Positions 9,201-18,575 of a stretch of 35,714 nucleotides of DNA are shown here, piece after piece. The notes under the pieces are model-generated. The model did no database searches and was not told the DNA's origin. It was given only the letters and a program-made list of their open reading frames with translations. Every line of letters begins with the position of its first letter. The stretch's first letter is position 1. Where the stretch lies: the IMG/VR virus record IMGVR_UViG_2734482773_000004, one strand, 5' to 3'. Made by a program: the position numbers and the translations under genes. This DNA is from a virus (Duplodnaviria; Heunggongvirae; Uroviricota; Caudoviricetes).

Positions 9201-9219
9201 GGCGAGGCGGGGAAAGCAC
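9201..9219. other. cos: cos cohesive-end sequence
   Basis: ggcgaggcggggaaagcac matches the 19-nt P2 cohesive end as I recall it; located between the cargo gene and Q as in P2. Confidence 0.7.
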
Positions 9220-9388
9220 TGCGCGCTGGCGGTGGTGCTGATTTTATTTTTTCAGCGTCTCAGCGCGTCGTGATGGCGTTTGGATTGTGTGCCGGGGCGT
9301 TGGTTTGTCTGCGGGCTGTTTTGCGTGGAGGTGAGCGTGTGAGGGCGTGATGACGGGGTGTAAAAAAGCCGCCCGCAGGCGGCGATGT

Positions 9389-10423
9389 TCAGTCGTTGTC
9401 AGTGTCCAGTGAGTAGTTTTTAAAGCGGATGACCTCCTGACCGAGCCAGCCGTTTATTTCCCGAATCCTGTCCTGTAACGGGATAAGCTCATTGCGGACA
9501 AAGACCTTTGCCACTTTCTCAATATCACCCAGCGACCCGACGTTCTCCGGCTTGCCGCCCATCAACTGAAAGGGGATGCGGTGCGCGTCCAGCAGGTCTG
9601 CGGCACTGGCTTTTTTGATATTAAAAAAATCGTCCTTCGTCGCCACTTCACTGAGCGGGATAATTTTAATGCCGTCGGCTTTTCCCTGTGGGGCATAGAG
9701 AAACAGGTTTTTAAAGTTGTTGCGGCCTTTCGACTTCACCATGTTTTCGCGAAGCATTTCGATATCGTTGCGATCCTGCACGGCATCGGTGACGTACATG
9801 ATGTATCCGGCATGTGCGCCGTTTTCGTAATACTTGCGGCGGAACAGCGTGGCCGATTCATTCAGCCAGGCAGAGTTAAGGGCGCTGAGATATTCCGGCA
9901 GGCCGTACAGCTCCTGATTAATATCGGGCTCCAGCAGGTGAAATACGGAGCCGGGCGTGAAAGGTGTCGGCTCGTTGAAGGACGGTACCCACCAGTAAAC
10001 ATCCTCCTCCACACCACGGCGGGTATATTTTGCCGGTGAGGTTTCCAGTCTGATGACCTTACCGGTGGTGCTGTATCGCTTTTCCAGAAACGCATTACCG
10101 AACACCAGAAAATCCAGCACAAAGCGGCTGAAATCCTGCTGGGAAAGCCACGGATGCGGGATAAATGTCGAGGCCAGAATATTGCGTTTGACGTAAATCG
10201 GGGAGCTGTGATGCACGGCAGCACGCAGGCTTTTTGCCAGACCGGTAAAGCTGACCGGTGGCTCATACCATCTGCCGTTACTGATGCACTCAACGTAATC
10301 CAGAATGTCACGGCGGTCGAGTACCGGCACCGGCTCGCCAAAGGTGAATGCTTCCATTTTCGGGGCGCTGGCGGTCATTGTTTTTGCCGCAGGTTGCGGT
10401 GTTTTCCCTTTTTTCTTGCTCAT
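9389..10423 (-). CDS. Q: Portal protein Q, 344 aa
   Basis: Position next to cos, divergent from O; length equal to P2 Q. Confidence 0.92.
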   Translation of the reverse strand: MSKKKGKTPQPAAKTMTASAPKMEAFTFGEPVPVLDRRDILDYVECISNGRWYEPPVSFTGLAKSLRAAVHHSSPIYVKRNILASTFIPHPWLSQQDFSRFVLDFLVFGNAFLEKRYSTTGKVIRLETSPAKYTRRGVEEDVYWWVPSFNEPTPFTPGSVFHLLEPDINQELYGLPEYLSALNSAWLNESATLFRRKYYENGAHAGYIMYVTDAVQDRNDIEMLRENMVKSKGRNNFKNLFLYAPQGKADGIKIIPLSEVATKDDFFNIKKASAADLLDAHRIPFQLMGGKPENVGSLGDIEKVAKVFVRNELIPLQDRIREINGWLGQEVIRFKNYSLDTDND

Positions 10424-12195
10424 CAGTAAAACTCCAGAATGGTGGATGTCAGCGGGGTGCTGATACCGGCGGTGAGTGGCTCATTTAACAGGGCGTGCAT
10501 GGTCGCCCAGGCGAGGTCGGCGTGGCTGGCTTCCTCGCTGCGGCTGGCCTCATAGGTGGCGCTGCGTCCGCTGCTGGTCATGGTCTTGCGGATAGCCATA
10601 AACGAGCTGGTGATGTCGGTGGCGCTGACGTCATATTCCAGACAGCCACGGCGGATAACGTCTTTGGCCTTGAGCACCATTGCGGTTTTCATTTCCGGCG
10701 TGTAGCGGATGTCGCGCGCGGCGGGATAGAACGAGCGCACGAGCTGGAACACGCCGACACCGAGGCCGGTGGCATCAATTCCGATGTATTCGACGTTGTA
10801 TTTTTCGGTGAGTTTGCGGATGGATTCAGCCTGAGTGGCAAAGTCCATGCCTTTCCACTGGTGACGCTCAAGTATTCTGAATTTGCCACCGGCCACCACC
10901 GGCGGTGCCAGTACCACGCATCCGGCGCTGTCGCCACGGTGTGACGGGTCGTAACCAATCCATACCGGGCGGGAGCCGAACGGATTGGCGGCAAAGGGGG
11001 CATAGTCTTCCCATTCTTCCAGCGTGTCGACCATGCAGCGTTGCAGCTCCTCGAACGGGAACACCGACGCCTTGTCGTCAACAAATTCACACATGAACAG
11101 GTTTTTAAAATCGTCGGCGCTGTTTTCGCGTTTGAGCTGCTCAATGTCGAACAGCGTGCAGCCACCTTTCAGGGCGTCCTCAATGGTGACAATCTGCCGC
11201 CACTGGCCGTCCGCACAGAGAAGACCTCCGGCAAGGGCGTTATGACTGACGTCGATTTCCACGCGTTCGGCGGCGCTGGCGCGTCCCCGGTTGAACAGTT
11301 CACCCGACCAGAACGGGTAGGCGTCGTGCGCCAGCGTGGACGGGGTGGAGAAATAGGTCGAGCGCAGGTGACTCTGTGAGGCCATACCTGATGCCACCTT
11401 ACGCAGTACCTGAAAATTCGGGATCCAGAAAATCTCATCGACGTACAGGTCGCCGTTATGGCTCTGTGCGGTGTTGGAGTTGGTGCCGAGAAAAATCAGT
11501 TTTGCGCCGTTATTGCCCAGGACAATCGGGTCACCGGTCAGGTCAACGTCAACCAGCCGGGCAAAGGCGATGATGTATTCACGGAACACATACGCCTGCG
11601 TTTTACTGGCCGACAGAAAAATCTGGTTATGGCCGGTTTTCAGGGCGCGCAGCAGCGCCTCGCGGGAAAAATAAAACGTCGCGCCAATCTGGCGGGATTT
11701 CAGGATATCGCGGATGCGGTGCTCAAGCCCGGCGCGATACCAGTGCAACTGATAGTCGAAAGACTGCTCAAAGAAAATCTGCTCCAGCTTTTCGATGGCC
11801 TCGTCACTGAAAAAATTCTTTTTCGGTTTGCGACGCCCGCCTTTGTTGCGGTTAGCGACGTTCGGATTAAGGTCTGCCTCGTTGCCGGTCTGGCTGTAGC
11901 GGTTTACCCGTGCCAGTCGTTCAATCTGACGTCCCAGCAGGTCAATTTCCTTGAAGTCACCGCCGGTTTTCTGCGGTTTGATGATGAGCTGGGTCAGCCG
12001 CGCTTCCAGACTCATTTCGACACGGCTGATGGGGGCAACGCTGTCCCAGCCGTCGCGCTGTTTCCAGCTCTGCACCGTCGGGCGTTTCATCTGCAACATG
12101 GCGGCAATCTGCGGCACGGAAAATCCCTGCCAGTACAGCAGCGCCGCCTGACGACGCGGGTCGTGTAAAAGAGTGGTGTCTGTGGTGATGGTCAT
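10423..12195 (-). CDS. P: Terminase large subunit (ATPase) P, 590 aa from ATG at 12195
   Basis: Internal start MTITTDTT gives the P2 length; stop overlaps Q start by 1 nt. Confidence 0.9.
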   Translation of the reverse strand: MTITTDTTLLHDPRRQAALLYWQGFSVPQIAAMLQMKRPTVQSWKQRDGWDSVAPISRVEMSLEARLTQLIIKPQKTGGDFKEIDLLGRQIERLARVNRYSQTGNEADLNPNVANRNKGGRRKPKKNFFSDEAIEKLEQIFFEQSFDYQLHWYRAGLEHRIRDILKSRQIGATFYFSREALLRALKTGHNQIFLSASKTQAYVFREYIIAFARLVDVDLTGDPIVLGNNGAKLIFLGTNSNTAQSHNGDLYVDEIFWIPNFQVLRKVASGMASQSHLRSTYFSTPSTLAHDAYPFWSGELFNRGRASAAERVEIDVSHNALAGGLLCADGQWRQIVTIEDALKGGCTLFDIEQLKRENSADDFKNLFMCEFVDDKASVFPFEELQRCMVDTLEEWEDYAPFAANPFGSRPVWIGYDPSHRGDSAGCVVLAPPVVAGGKFRILERHQWKGMDFATQAESIRKLTEKYNVEYIGIDATGLGVGVFQLVRSFYPAARDIRYTPEMKTAMVLKAKDVIRRGCLEYDVSATDITSSFMAIRKTMTSSGRSATYEASRSEEASHADLAWATMHALLNEPLTAGISTPLTSTILEFY

Positions 12196-12262
12196 GAATA
12201 CCTCGCCGTGATGAATACACGGCAAGGCTACTGAGTCGCGTCCCGCGATTCGCTAAGGTGCT

Positions 12263-12272
12263 GTTGTGTCAG
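12263..12272. promoter_or_regulatory. Candidate late-promoter activator motif TGTTGTGTCA upstream of O
   Basis: Same decamer recurs upstream of V (19337) and a variant upstream of FI (27386). Confidence 0.4.
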
Positions 12273-12368
12273 TGATAAGCCATCCGGGACTGATGGCGGA
12301 GGATGCGTATCGTCGGGAAACTGATGCCGACATGTGACTCCTCTAATCACTATTCAGGACTCCTGACA

Positions 12369-13223
12369 ATGGCAAAAAAAGTCTCAAAATTCTTTCGTAT
12401 CGGCGTTGAGGGTGACACCTGTGACGGGCGTGTCATCAGTGCGCAGGATATTCAGGAAATGGCCGAAACCTTTGACCCGCGAGTCTATGGTTGCCGCATT
12501 AACCTGGAACATCTGCGCGGCATCCTGCCTGACGGTATTTTTAAGCGTTATGGCGATGTGGTCGAACTGAAGGCCGAAAAGATTGACGATGATTCGGCGC
12601 TGAAAGGCAAATGGGCGCTGTTTGCGAAAATCACCCCGACCGATGACCTTATCGCGATGAACAAGGCCGCGCAGAAGGTCTACACCTCAATGGAAATTCA
12701 GCCGAACTTTGCCAATACCGGCAAATGTTATCTGGTGGGTCTGGCCGTCACCGATGACCCGGCAAGCCTCGGCACGGAATACCTGGAATTCTGCCGCACG
12801 GCAAAACACAACCCTCTGAACCGCTTCAAATTAAGCCCTGAAAACCTGATTTCAGTGGCAACGCCTGTTGAGCTGGAATTTGAAGACCTGCCTGAAACCG
12901 TGTTCACCGCCCTGACCGAAAAGGTGAAATCCATTTTTGGCCGCAAACAGGCCAGCGATGACGCCCGTCTGAATGACGTGCATGAAGCGGTGACCGCTGT
13001 CGCTGAGCATGTGCAGGAAAAACTGAGCGCCACTGAGCAGCGCCTTGCTGAGATGGAAACCGCCTTTTCCGCACTTAAGCAGGATGTGACTGACAGGGCG
13101 GATGAAACCAGTCAGGCATTCACCCGCCTGAAAAACAGTCTCGACCACACCGAAAGTCTGACCCAGCAGCGCCGCAGTAAAGCCACCGGCGGTGGCGGTG
13201 ACGCCCTGATGACGAACTGCTGA
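12369..13223 (+). CDS. O: Capsid scaffold protein O, 284 aa from ATG 12369
   Basis: Internal start MAKKVSKF gives P2 length; divergent from P across a promoter region. Confidence 0.9.
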   Translation: MAKKVSKFFRIGVEGDTCDGRVISAQDIQEMAETFDPRVYGCRINLEHLRGILPDGIFKRYGDVVELKAEKIDDDSALKGKWALFAKITPTDDLIAMNKAAQKVYTSMEIQPNFANTGKCYLVGLAVTDDPASLGTEYLEFCRTAKHNPLNRFKLSPENLISVATPVELEFEDLPETVFTALTEKVKSIFGRKQASDDARLNDVHEAVTAVAEHVQEKLSATEQRLAEMETAFSALKQDVTDRADETSQAFTRLKNSLDHTESLTQQRRSKATGGGGDALMTNC

Positions 13224-13281
13224 CCGGCGTCAGTCAGTCCGGGAAAACCTTCACGATTAACCCTTAATTTCAGGAAAAACT

Positions 13282-14355
13282 ATGCGCCAGGAAACCCGCT
13301 TTAAATTTAATGCCTACCTGTCCCGTGTTGCCGAACTGAACGGCATCGACGCCGGTGATGTGTCGAAAAAATTCACCGTTGAACCGTCGGTCACCCAGAC
13401 CCTGATGAACACCATGCAGGAGTCCTCTGACTTTCTGACCCGCATCAACATTGTGCCGGTCAGCGAAATGAAAGGGGAAAAAATTGGTATCGGTGTCACC
13501 GGCTCCATCGCCAGCACCACCGACACCGCCGGTGGCACCGAGCGTCAGCCGAAGGACTTCTCGAAGCTGGCGTCCAACAAGTACGAATGCGACCAGGTTA
13601 ACTTCGATTTTTATATCCGCTACAAAACGCTGGACCTGTGGGCGCGTTATCAGGATTTCCAGCTCCGTATCCGTAACGCCATTATCAAACGCCAGTCCCT
13701 TGATTTAATCATGGCCGGTTTTAACGGCGTGAGGCGTGCCGAAACCTCTGACCGCAGCAGCAATCCGATGCTGCAGGATGTGGCGGTCGGCTGGCTGCAG
13801 AAATACCGCAATGAAGCCCCGGCGCGCGTGATGAGCAAGGTCACTGACGAGGAAGGGCACACCACCTCTGAGGTTATCCGCGTGGGTAAGGGCGGTGATT
13901 ATGCCAGCCTTGACGCACTGGTGATGGATGCGACCAACAACCTGATTGAGCCGTGGTATCAGGAAGACCCTGACCTTGTGGTGATTGTGGGACGTCAGCT
14001 ACTGGCGGACAAGTATTTTCCCATCGTCAACAAGGAGCAGGACAACAGCGAAATGCTGGCCGCTGACGTCATCATCAGCCAGAAACGCATCGGTAACCTG
14101 CCGGCGGTACGCGTCCCGTACTTCCCGGCGGATGCGATGCTCATCACAAAGCTGGAAAACCTGTCCATCTACTACATGGATGACAGCCATCGCCGCGTGA
14201 TTGAGGAAAACCCGAAACTCGACCGCGTGGAGAACTACGAGTCAATGAACATTGATTACGTGGTGGAAGACTACGCCGCCGGTTGTCTGGTGGAAAAAAT
14301 TAAGGTCGGTGATTTCTCCACACTGGCTAAAGCGACCGCAGAGCCGGGAGCGTAA
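13282..14355 (+). CDS. N: Major capsid protein N, 357 aa
   Basis: Position and length as P2 N. Confidence 0.92.
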   Translation: MRQETRFKFNAYLSRVAELNGIDAGDVSKKFTVEPSVTQTLMNTMQESSDFLTRINIVPVSEMKGEKIGIGVTGSIASTTDTAGGTERQPKDFSKLASNKYECDQVNFDFYIRYKTLDLWARYQDFQLRIRNAIIKRQSLDLIMAGFNGVRRAETSDRSSNPMLQDVAVGWLQKYRNEAPARVMSKVTDEEGHTTSEVIRVGKGGDYASLDALVMDATNNLIEPWYQEDPDLVVIVGRQLLADKYFPIVNKEQDNSEMLAADVIISQKRIGNLPAVRVPYFPADAMLITKLENLSIYYMDDSHRRVIEENPKLDRVENYESMNIDYVVEDYAAGCLVEKIKVGDFSTLAKATAEPGA

Positions 14356-14358
14356 CCG

Positions 14359-15102
14359 ATGACGAGTCCCGCACAGCGCCACATGATGCGGGTCTCGGCA
14401 GCGATGACCGCGCAGCGGGAAGCCGCCCCGCTGCGACATGCAACTGTCTATGAGCAGATGCTGGTTAAGCTCGCCGCAGACCAGCGCACACTGAAAGCGA
14501 TTTATTCAAAAGAGCTGAAGGCCGCGAAAAAACGCGAACTGCTGCCGTTCTGGTTGCCGTGGGTGAATGGCGTGCTGGAGCAGGGCAAAGGTGCACAGGA
14601 TGACATTCTGATGACGGTCATGCTGTGGCGTCTGGATACCGGCGATATTGCCGGTGCGCTGGAGATTGCCCGTTATGCCCTGAAATACGGTCTGACCATG
14701 CCGGGTAAACACCGCCGTACCCCGCCGTACATGTTCACCGAGGAGGTGGCACTTGCGGCCATGCGCGCCCACGCTGCCGGTGAGTCTGTGGATACCCGCC
14801 TGCTGACGGACACCCTTGAACTGACTGCCACGGCTGACATGCCTGATGAAGTGCGCGCAAAGCTGCACAAAATCACCGGTCTGTTTCTGCGTGACGCTGG
14901 TGATGCCGCCGGTGCGCTGGCTCACCTGCAACGTGCGACACAGCTCGACTGTCAGGCAGGCGTCAAAAAAGAGATTGAACGACTGGAGCGGGAGCTGAAA
15001 CCGAAGCCGGAGCCGCAGCCCAAAGCGGCCACCCGCGCCCCGCGTAAGACCCGGAGCGTGACACCGGCAAAACGTGGACGCCCGAAAAAGAAAGCCAGTT
15101 AA
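14359..15102 (+). CDS. M: Terminase small/endonuclease subunit M, 247 aa
   Basis: Position and length as P2 M; basic C-terminal tail. Confidence 0.9.
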   Translation: MTSPAQRHMMRVSAAMTAQREAAPLRHATVYEQMLVKLAADQRTLKAIYSKELKAAKKRELLPFWLPWVNGVLEQGKGAQDDILMTVMLWRLDTGDIAGALEIARYALKYGLTMPGKHRRTPPYMFTEEVALAAMRAHAAGESVDTRLLTDTLELTATADMPDEVRAKLHKITGLFLRDAGDAAGALAHLQRATQLDCQAGVKKEIERLERELKPKPEPQPKAATRAPRKTRSVTPAKRGRPKKKAS

Positions 15103-15201
15103 CAACCGAATGCGCCCCGCGCCAGGGCGGCACGCCGGTCAGTGTGGGTGAATCACCTGACACTGTTCCGGCGTCCACCGCCCGACTTTTCTGAGGTAGT
15201 C

Positions 15202-15711
15202 ATGATGACGCTGATTATTCCGCGAAAGGAGGCTCCCGTGTCCGGTGAGGGTACGGTGGTCATCCCGCAACCGGCAGGCGACGAGCCGGTGATTAAAAAC
15301 ACGTTCTTTTTTCCCGATATCGACCCGAAGCGCGTCCGGGAACGTATGCGCCTTGAGCAGACCGTCGCCCCCGCCCGTCTGCGTGAGGCCATCAAGTCAG
15401 GCATGGCGGAGACGAATGCGGAGCTGTACGAGTACCGCGAACAGAAAATTGCCGCCGGTTTTACGCGTCTGGCTGACGTCCCGGCAGACGATATCGACGG
15501 TGAAAGCATCAAGGTTTTTTACTACGAGCGCGCCGTGTGTGCGATGGCGACCGCGTCGCTTTATGAGCGTTATCGCGGCGTGGATGCCAGTGCGAAAGGC
15601 GACAAGAAGGCCGACAGCATTGACAGCACCATTGATGAACTGTGGCGGGATATGCGCTGGGCGGTGGCGCGTATCCAGGACAAGCCGCGCTGCATCGTGA
15701 GTCAAATCTGA
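15202..15711 (+). CDS. L: Head completion protein L, 169 aa from ATG 15202
   Basis: Internal start MMTLIIPRKEAP gives P2 length; stop overlaps X start. Confidence 0.88.
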   Translation: MMTLIIPRKEAPVSGEGTVVIPQPAGDEPVIKNTFFFPDIDPKRVRERMRLEQTVAPARLREAIKSGMAETNAELYEYREQKIAAGFTRLADVPADDIDGESIKVFYYERAVCAMATASLYERYRGVDASAKGDKKADSIDSTIDELWRDMRWAVARIQDKPRCIVSQI

Positions 15712-15914
15712 TGAAGACCTTTGCGCTACAGGGCGACACGCTCGACGCCATTTGTGTCCGGTATTACGGGCGAACTGAGGGCGTGGTCGAGGCTGTGCTC
15801 GCCGCAAATCCGGGACTGGCTGAACTGGGGGCGATGCTGCCACACGGCACCGCCGTCGAACTGCCCGACGTTCAGACCGCGCCCGTGGCTGAAACTGTCA
15901 ATCTGTGGGAGTAA
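15711..15914 (+). CDS. X: Tail protein X, 67 aa
   Basis: ATG at 15711 overlapping L stop (ATGA-type coupling); length as P2 X. Confidence 0.85.
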   Translation: MKTFALQGDTLDAICVRYYGRTEGVVEAVLAANPGLAELGAMLPHGTAVELPDVQTAPVAETVNLWE

Positions 15915-15917
15915 CGC

Positions 15918-16199
15918 ATGACAGCAGAAGAAAAAAGCGTCCTGTCGCTTTTCATGATTGGGGTGCTGATTGTTGTCGGCAAGGTGCTTGCCGGTGGTGA
16001 ACCCATCACCCCGCGTCTGTTTATCGGGCGCATGTTGCTCGGTGGTTTTGTCTCGATGGTTGCCGGTGTTGTTCTGGTGCAGTTTCCTGACCTGTCACTG
16101 CCTGCGGTGTGCGGCATCGGCTCCATGCTGGGTATCGCCGGTTATCAGGTGATTGAGATTGCCATTCAGCGCCGCTTTAAGGGCAGGGGGAAACCGTAA
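15918..16199 (+). CDS. Y: Holin Y, 93 aa
   Basis: Small protein with hydrophobic transmembrane segments and charged C-terminus, directly upstream of the endolysin. Confidence 0.88.
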   Translation: MTAEEKSVLSLFMIGVLIVVGKVLAGGEPITPRLFIGRMLLGGFVSMVAGVVLVQFPDLSLPAVCGIGSMLGIAGYQVIEIAIQRRFKGRGKP

Positions 16200-16696
16200 T
16201 GCCGGTAATTAACACGCATCAGAATATCGCCGCCTTTCTCGACATGCTGGCGGTATCCGAAGGGACGGCGAATCATCCGCTGACGAAAAACCGTGGCTAT
16301 GACGTGATAGTCACCGGACTGGACGGGAAGCCGGAAATTTTCACCGACTACAGTGACCACCCGTTCGCGCATGGCCGACCGGCGAAGGTGTTTAACCGTC
16401 GCGGTGAAAAATCCACGGCCTCCGGTCGCTATCAGCAGCTTTACCTGTTCTGGCCGCATTACCGCAAACAGCTTGCCCTGCCGGATTTCAGTCCGCTGTC
16501 ACAGGACAGACTTGCCATTCAGTTGATCCGCGAACGCGGTGCACTGGATGACATCCGGGCGGGACGCATTGAGCGCGCCATTTCACGCTGTCGCAATATC
16601 TGGGCGTCCCTGCCGGGTGCCGGTTACGGTCAGCGTGAGCATTCACTGGAAAAACTGGTCACCGTCTGGCGTACCGCTGGCGGCGTACCGGCTTAA
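16199..16696 (+). CDS. K: Endolysin K, 165 aa, lambda R-like lytic transglycosylase
   Basis: FLDMLAVSEGT and NIWASLPGAGYGQ segments resemble lambda R as recalled; position after holin. Confidence 0.9.
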   Translation: MPVINTHQNIAAFLDMLAVSEGTANHPLTKNRGYDVIVTGLDGKPEIFTDYSDHPFAHGRPAKVFNRRGEKSTASGRYQQLYLFWPHYRKQLALPDFSPLSQDRLAIQLIRERGALDDIRAGRIERAISRCRNIWASLPGAGYGQREHSLEKLVTVWRTAGGVPA

Positions 16697-16710
16697 ACGG
16701 AGTAAACACC

Positions 16711-17136
16711 ATGAAGAAATTATCCCTTTCACTGATGCTGAACGTGTCGCTGGCGCTGATGCTGGCACTGTCCCTGATTTACCCGCAGAGCGGGGCCGTC
16801 AATTTTGTCGCTGCCTGGGCGATTCTGGCGACGGCTATCTGTGTGGTTGCCGGTGGTGTCGGCGTGTATGCCACTGAGTATGTACTGGAACGCTACGGGC
16901 GGGAGCTGCCGCCGGAATCGCTGGCCGTGAAGATTGTCACGTCGCTGTTTTTGCAGCCGGTGCCGTGGTGCAGACGGGCGGCGGCTCTGGTAGTGATGGT
17001 GGCGACGTTTATCTCGCTGGTTGCCGCCGGGTGGATTTTTACCGCGCTGATTTATCTCGTGGCGTCGGTGTTCTTCCGGCTGATACGTACGGCCTGCCGT
17101 CAGCGTTTTGAGGGGCGGGAACCATGTCAAAGCTGA
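16711..17136 (+). CDS. lysA: Lysis accessory membrane protein LysA, 141 aa
   Basis: Multiple hydrophobic helices; position and length as P2 LysA. Confidence 0.85.
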   Translation: MKKLSLSLMLNVSLALMLALSLIYPQSGAVNFVAAWAILATAICVVAGGVGVYATEYVLERYGRELPPESLAVKIVTSLFLQPVPWCRRAAALVVMVATFISLVAAGWIFTALIYLVASVFFRLIRTACRQRFEGREPCQS

Positions 17137-17549
17137 TGATTGTGATGGTTGTGCTGTTATCGCTGGCGGTGGCGGGGCTGTTTCTGGTGAAGCATGAAAA
17201 CGCCAGCCTGCGCGCCTCGCTGGACAGGGCGAACAACGTCGCCAGCGGGCAGCAGACGACCATCACCATGCTGCAAAATCAGCTTCATGTTGCCATCACC
17301 AGGGCAGACAAAAACGAGCTGGCGCAGGTGGCACTGCGTCAGGAACTGGAAAACGCCGCGAAGCGTGAAGCTCAGCGCGAGAAAACCATCACGAGATTAC
17401 TCAATGAAAACGAAGATTTCCGCCGCTGGTATGGCGCTGACCTGCCTGATGCTGTGCGCCGGTTGCACCAGCGCCCCGCCTGCACCGACGCCAGTGATTG
17501 TCCACAACGCCTGCCCGAAAGTGAGTCTTTGCCCGATGCCGGGCAGTGA
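17124..17549 (+). CDS. lysB: LysB, Rz-like inner-membrane spanin, 141 aa
   Basis: N-terminal transmembrane helix followed by charged coiled-coil-like region; position as P2 LysB. Confidence 0.85.
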   Translation: MSKLMIVMVVLLSLAVAGLFLVKHENASLRASLDRANNVASGQQTTITMLQNQLHVAITRADKNELAQVALRQELENAAKREAQREKTITRLLNENEDFRRWYGADLPDAVRRLHQRPACTDASDCPQRLPESESLPDAGQ

Positions 17550-17694
17550 CCCGGAGACGAACGGCGATTTAAGTGCCGATATCCGACAGCTTGAGAACGC
17601 GCTGGCACGCTGTGCCAGCCAGGTAAAAATGATTAAACACTGTCAGGACGAAAACGATGCTCAAACCCGACAGCCTGCGCAGGGCGCTGACTGA
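17404..17694 (+). CDS. lysC: LysC, Rz1-like outer-membrane lipoprotein spanin, 96 aa, embedded in alternate frame
   Basis: Internal ATG at 17404 in the frame of ORF 17194..17694; lipobox LCAGC, Pro-rich; overlaps lysB 3' end and R 5' end. Confidence 0.8.
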   Translation: MKTKISAAGMALTCLMLCAGCTSAPPAPTPVIVHNACPKVSLCPMPGSDPETNGDLSADIRQLENALARCASQVKMIKHCQDENDAQTRQPAQGAD

Positions 17695-18124
17695 TGCCGT
17701 CACGGTGCTGAAAACTAACCCCGATATGCTTCGGATATTCGTGGATAACGGGAGTATTGCCTCCACACTGGCGACGTCGCTGTCATTCGAAAAGCGTTAC
17801 ACGCTCAATGTCATTGTGACCGATTTTACCGGTGATTTTGACCTGCTCATCGTGCCGGTGCTGGCGTGGCTGCGGGAAAATCAGCCCGACATCATGACCA
17901 CCGACGAAGGCCAGAAAAAAGGCTTCACGTTTTATGCAGACATCAACAATGACAGCAGCTTTGATATCAGTATCAGCCTGATGCTGACCGAGCGCACGCT
18001 GGTCAGTGAGGTTGACGGTGCGCTGCATGTGAAGAATATCCCGGAACCCACGCCGCCGGAGCCGGTCACCCGCCCGATGGAGCTTTATATCAATGGCGAA
18101 CTGGTGAGCAAGTGGGATGAATGA
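17657..18124 (+). CDS. R: Tail completion protein R, 155 aa
   Basis: Position and length as P2 R. Confidence 0.88.
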   Translation: MLKPDSLRRALTDAVTVLKTNPDMLRIFVDNGSIASTLATSLSFEKRYTLNVIVTDFTGDFDLLIVPVLAWLRENQPDIMTTDEGQKKGFTFYADINNDSSFDISISLMLTERTLVSEVDGALHVKNIPEPTPPEPVTRPMELYINGELVSKWDE

Positions 18125-18575
18125 GTTTAAGCGTTTTGAAGACCGGCTGGCCGGACTGGCTGAATCGCTGTCACCGTCTGGGCGTCGGCGACTGGCGATA
18201 GATATTGCGAAGAAGCTGCGCCAGCGCCAGCAGCAGCGAATTAAATTACAAAAAGCCCCGGATGGTACGCCGTATGTACCGAGAAAAAACCAACCAGTAC
18301 GTAATAAGAAAGGCCGGATAAAGCGGGAAATGTTTGTGAAATTACGCACTAACCGGTTTATGAAAGCAACAGGTAGCGAGAGTGCGGCGGTGGTGGCGTT
18401 TGCCAGCGGAGTACAACGAATTGCGCGAGTACATCAATTAGGGCTTAGGGATAAGCCGGGGCGTAATAGTGCTGTGGTGGAATATCCTGTTCGTGAGTTA
18501 TTTGGTTTTGACAAGGAATCTATACAATTGATAGAAAGGGAGTTATTAGTGATTCTATCGAAAGATGTTATATGA
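18117..18575 (+). CDS. S: Tail completion protein S, 152 aa, mosaic 3' portion
   Basis: N-terminus MNEFKRFEDRL as recalled for P2 S; DNA becomes AT-rich from about 18240, so the distal part looks exchanged. Confidence 0.85.
   Translation: MNEFKRFEDRLAGLAESLSPSGRRRLAIDIAKKLRQRQQQRIKLQKAPDGTPYVPRKNQPVRNKKGRIKREMFVKLRTNRFMKATGSESAAVVAFASGVQRIARVHQLGLRDKPGRNSAVVEYPVRELFGFDKESIQLIERELLVILSKDVI

Noticed and set aside
9581-12220. Numerous ORFs of 60-236 aa on both strands overlapping Q and P (for example 9581..10039, 9862..10341, 10689..11165, 11458..12168)
   Set aside because: They are shadow ORFs in GC-rich coding DNA that overlap long, syntenic structural genes and have no independent start context.
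15353-15843. Arg-rich ORFs overlapping L and X on both strands
   Set aside because: Typical GC-rich frame artefacts within the conserved head gene block.
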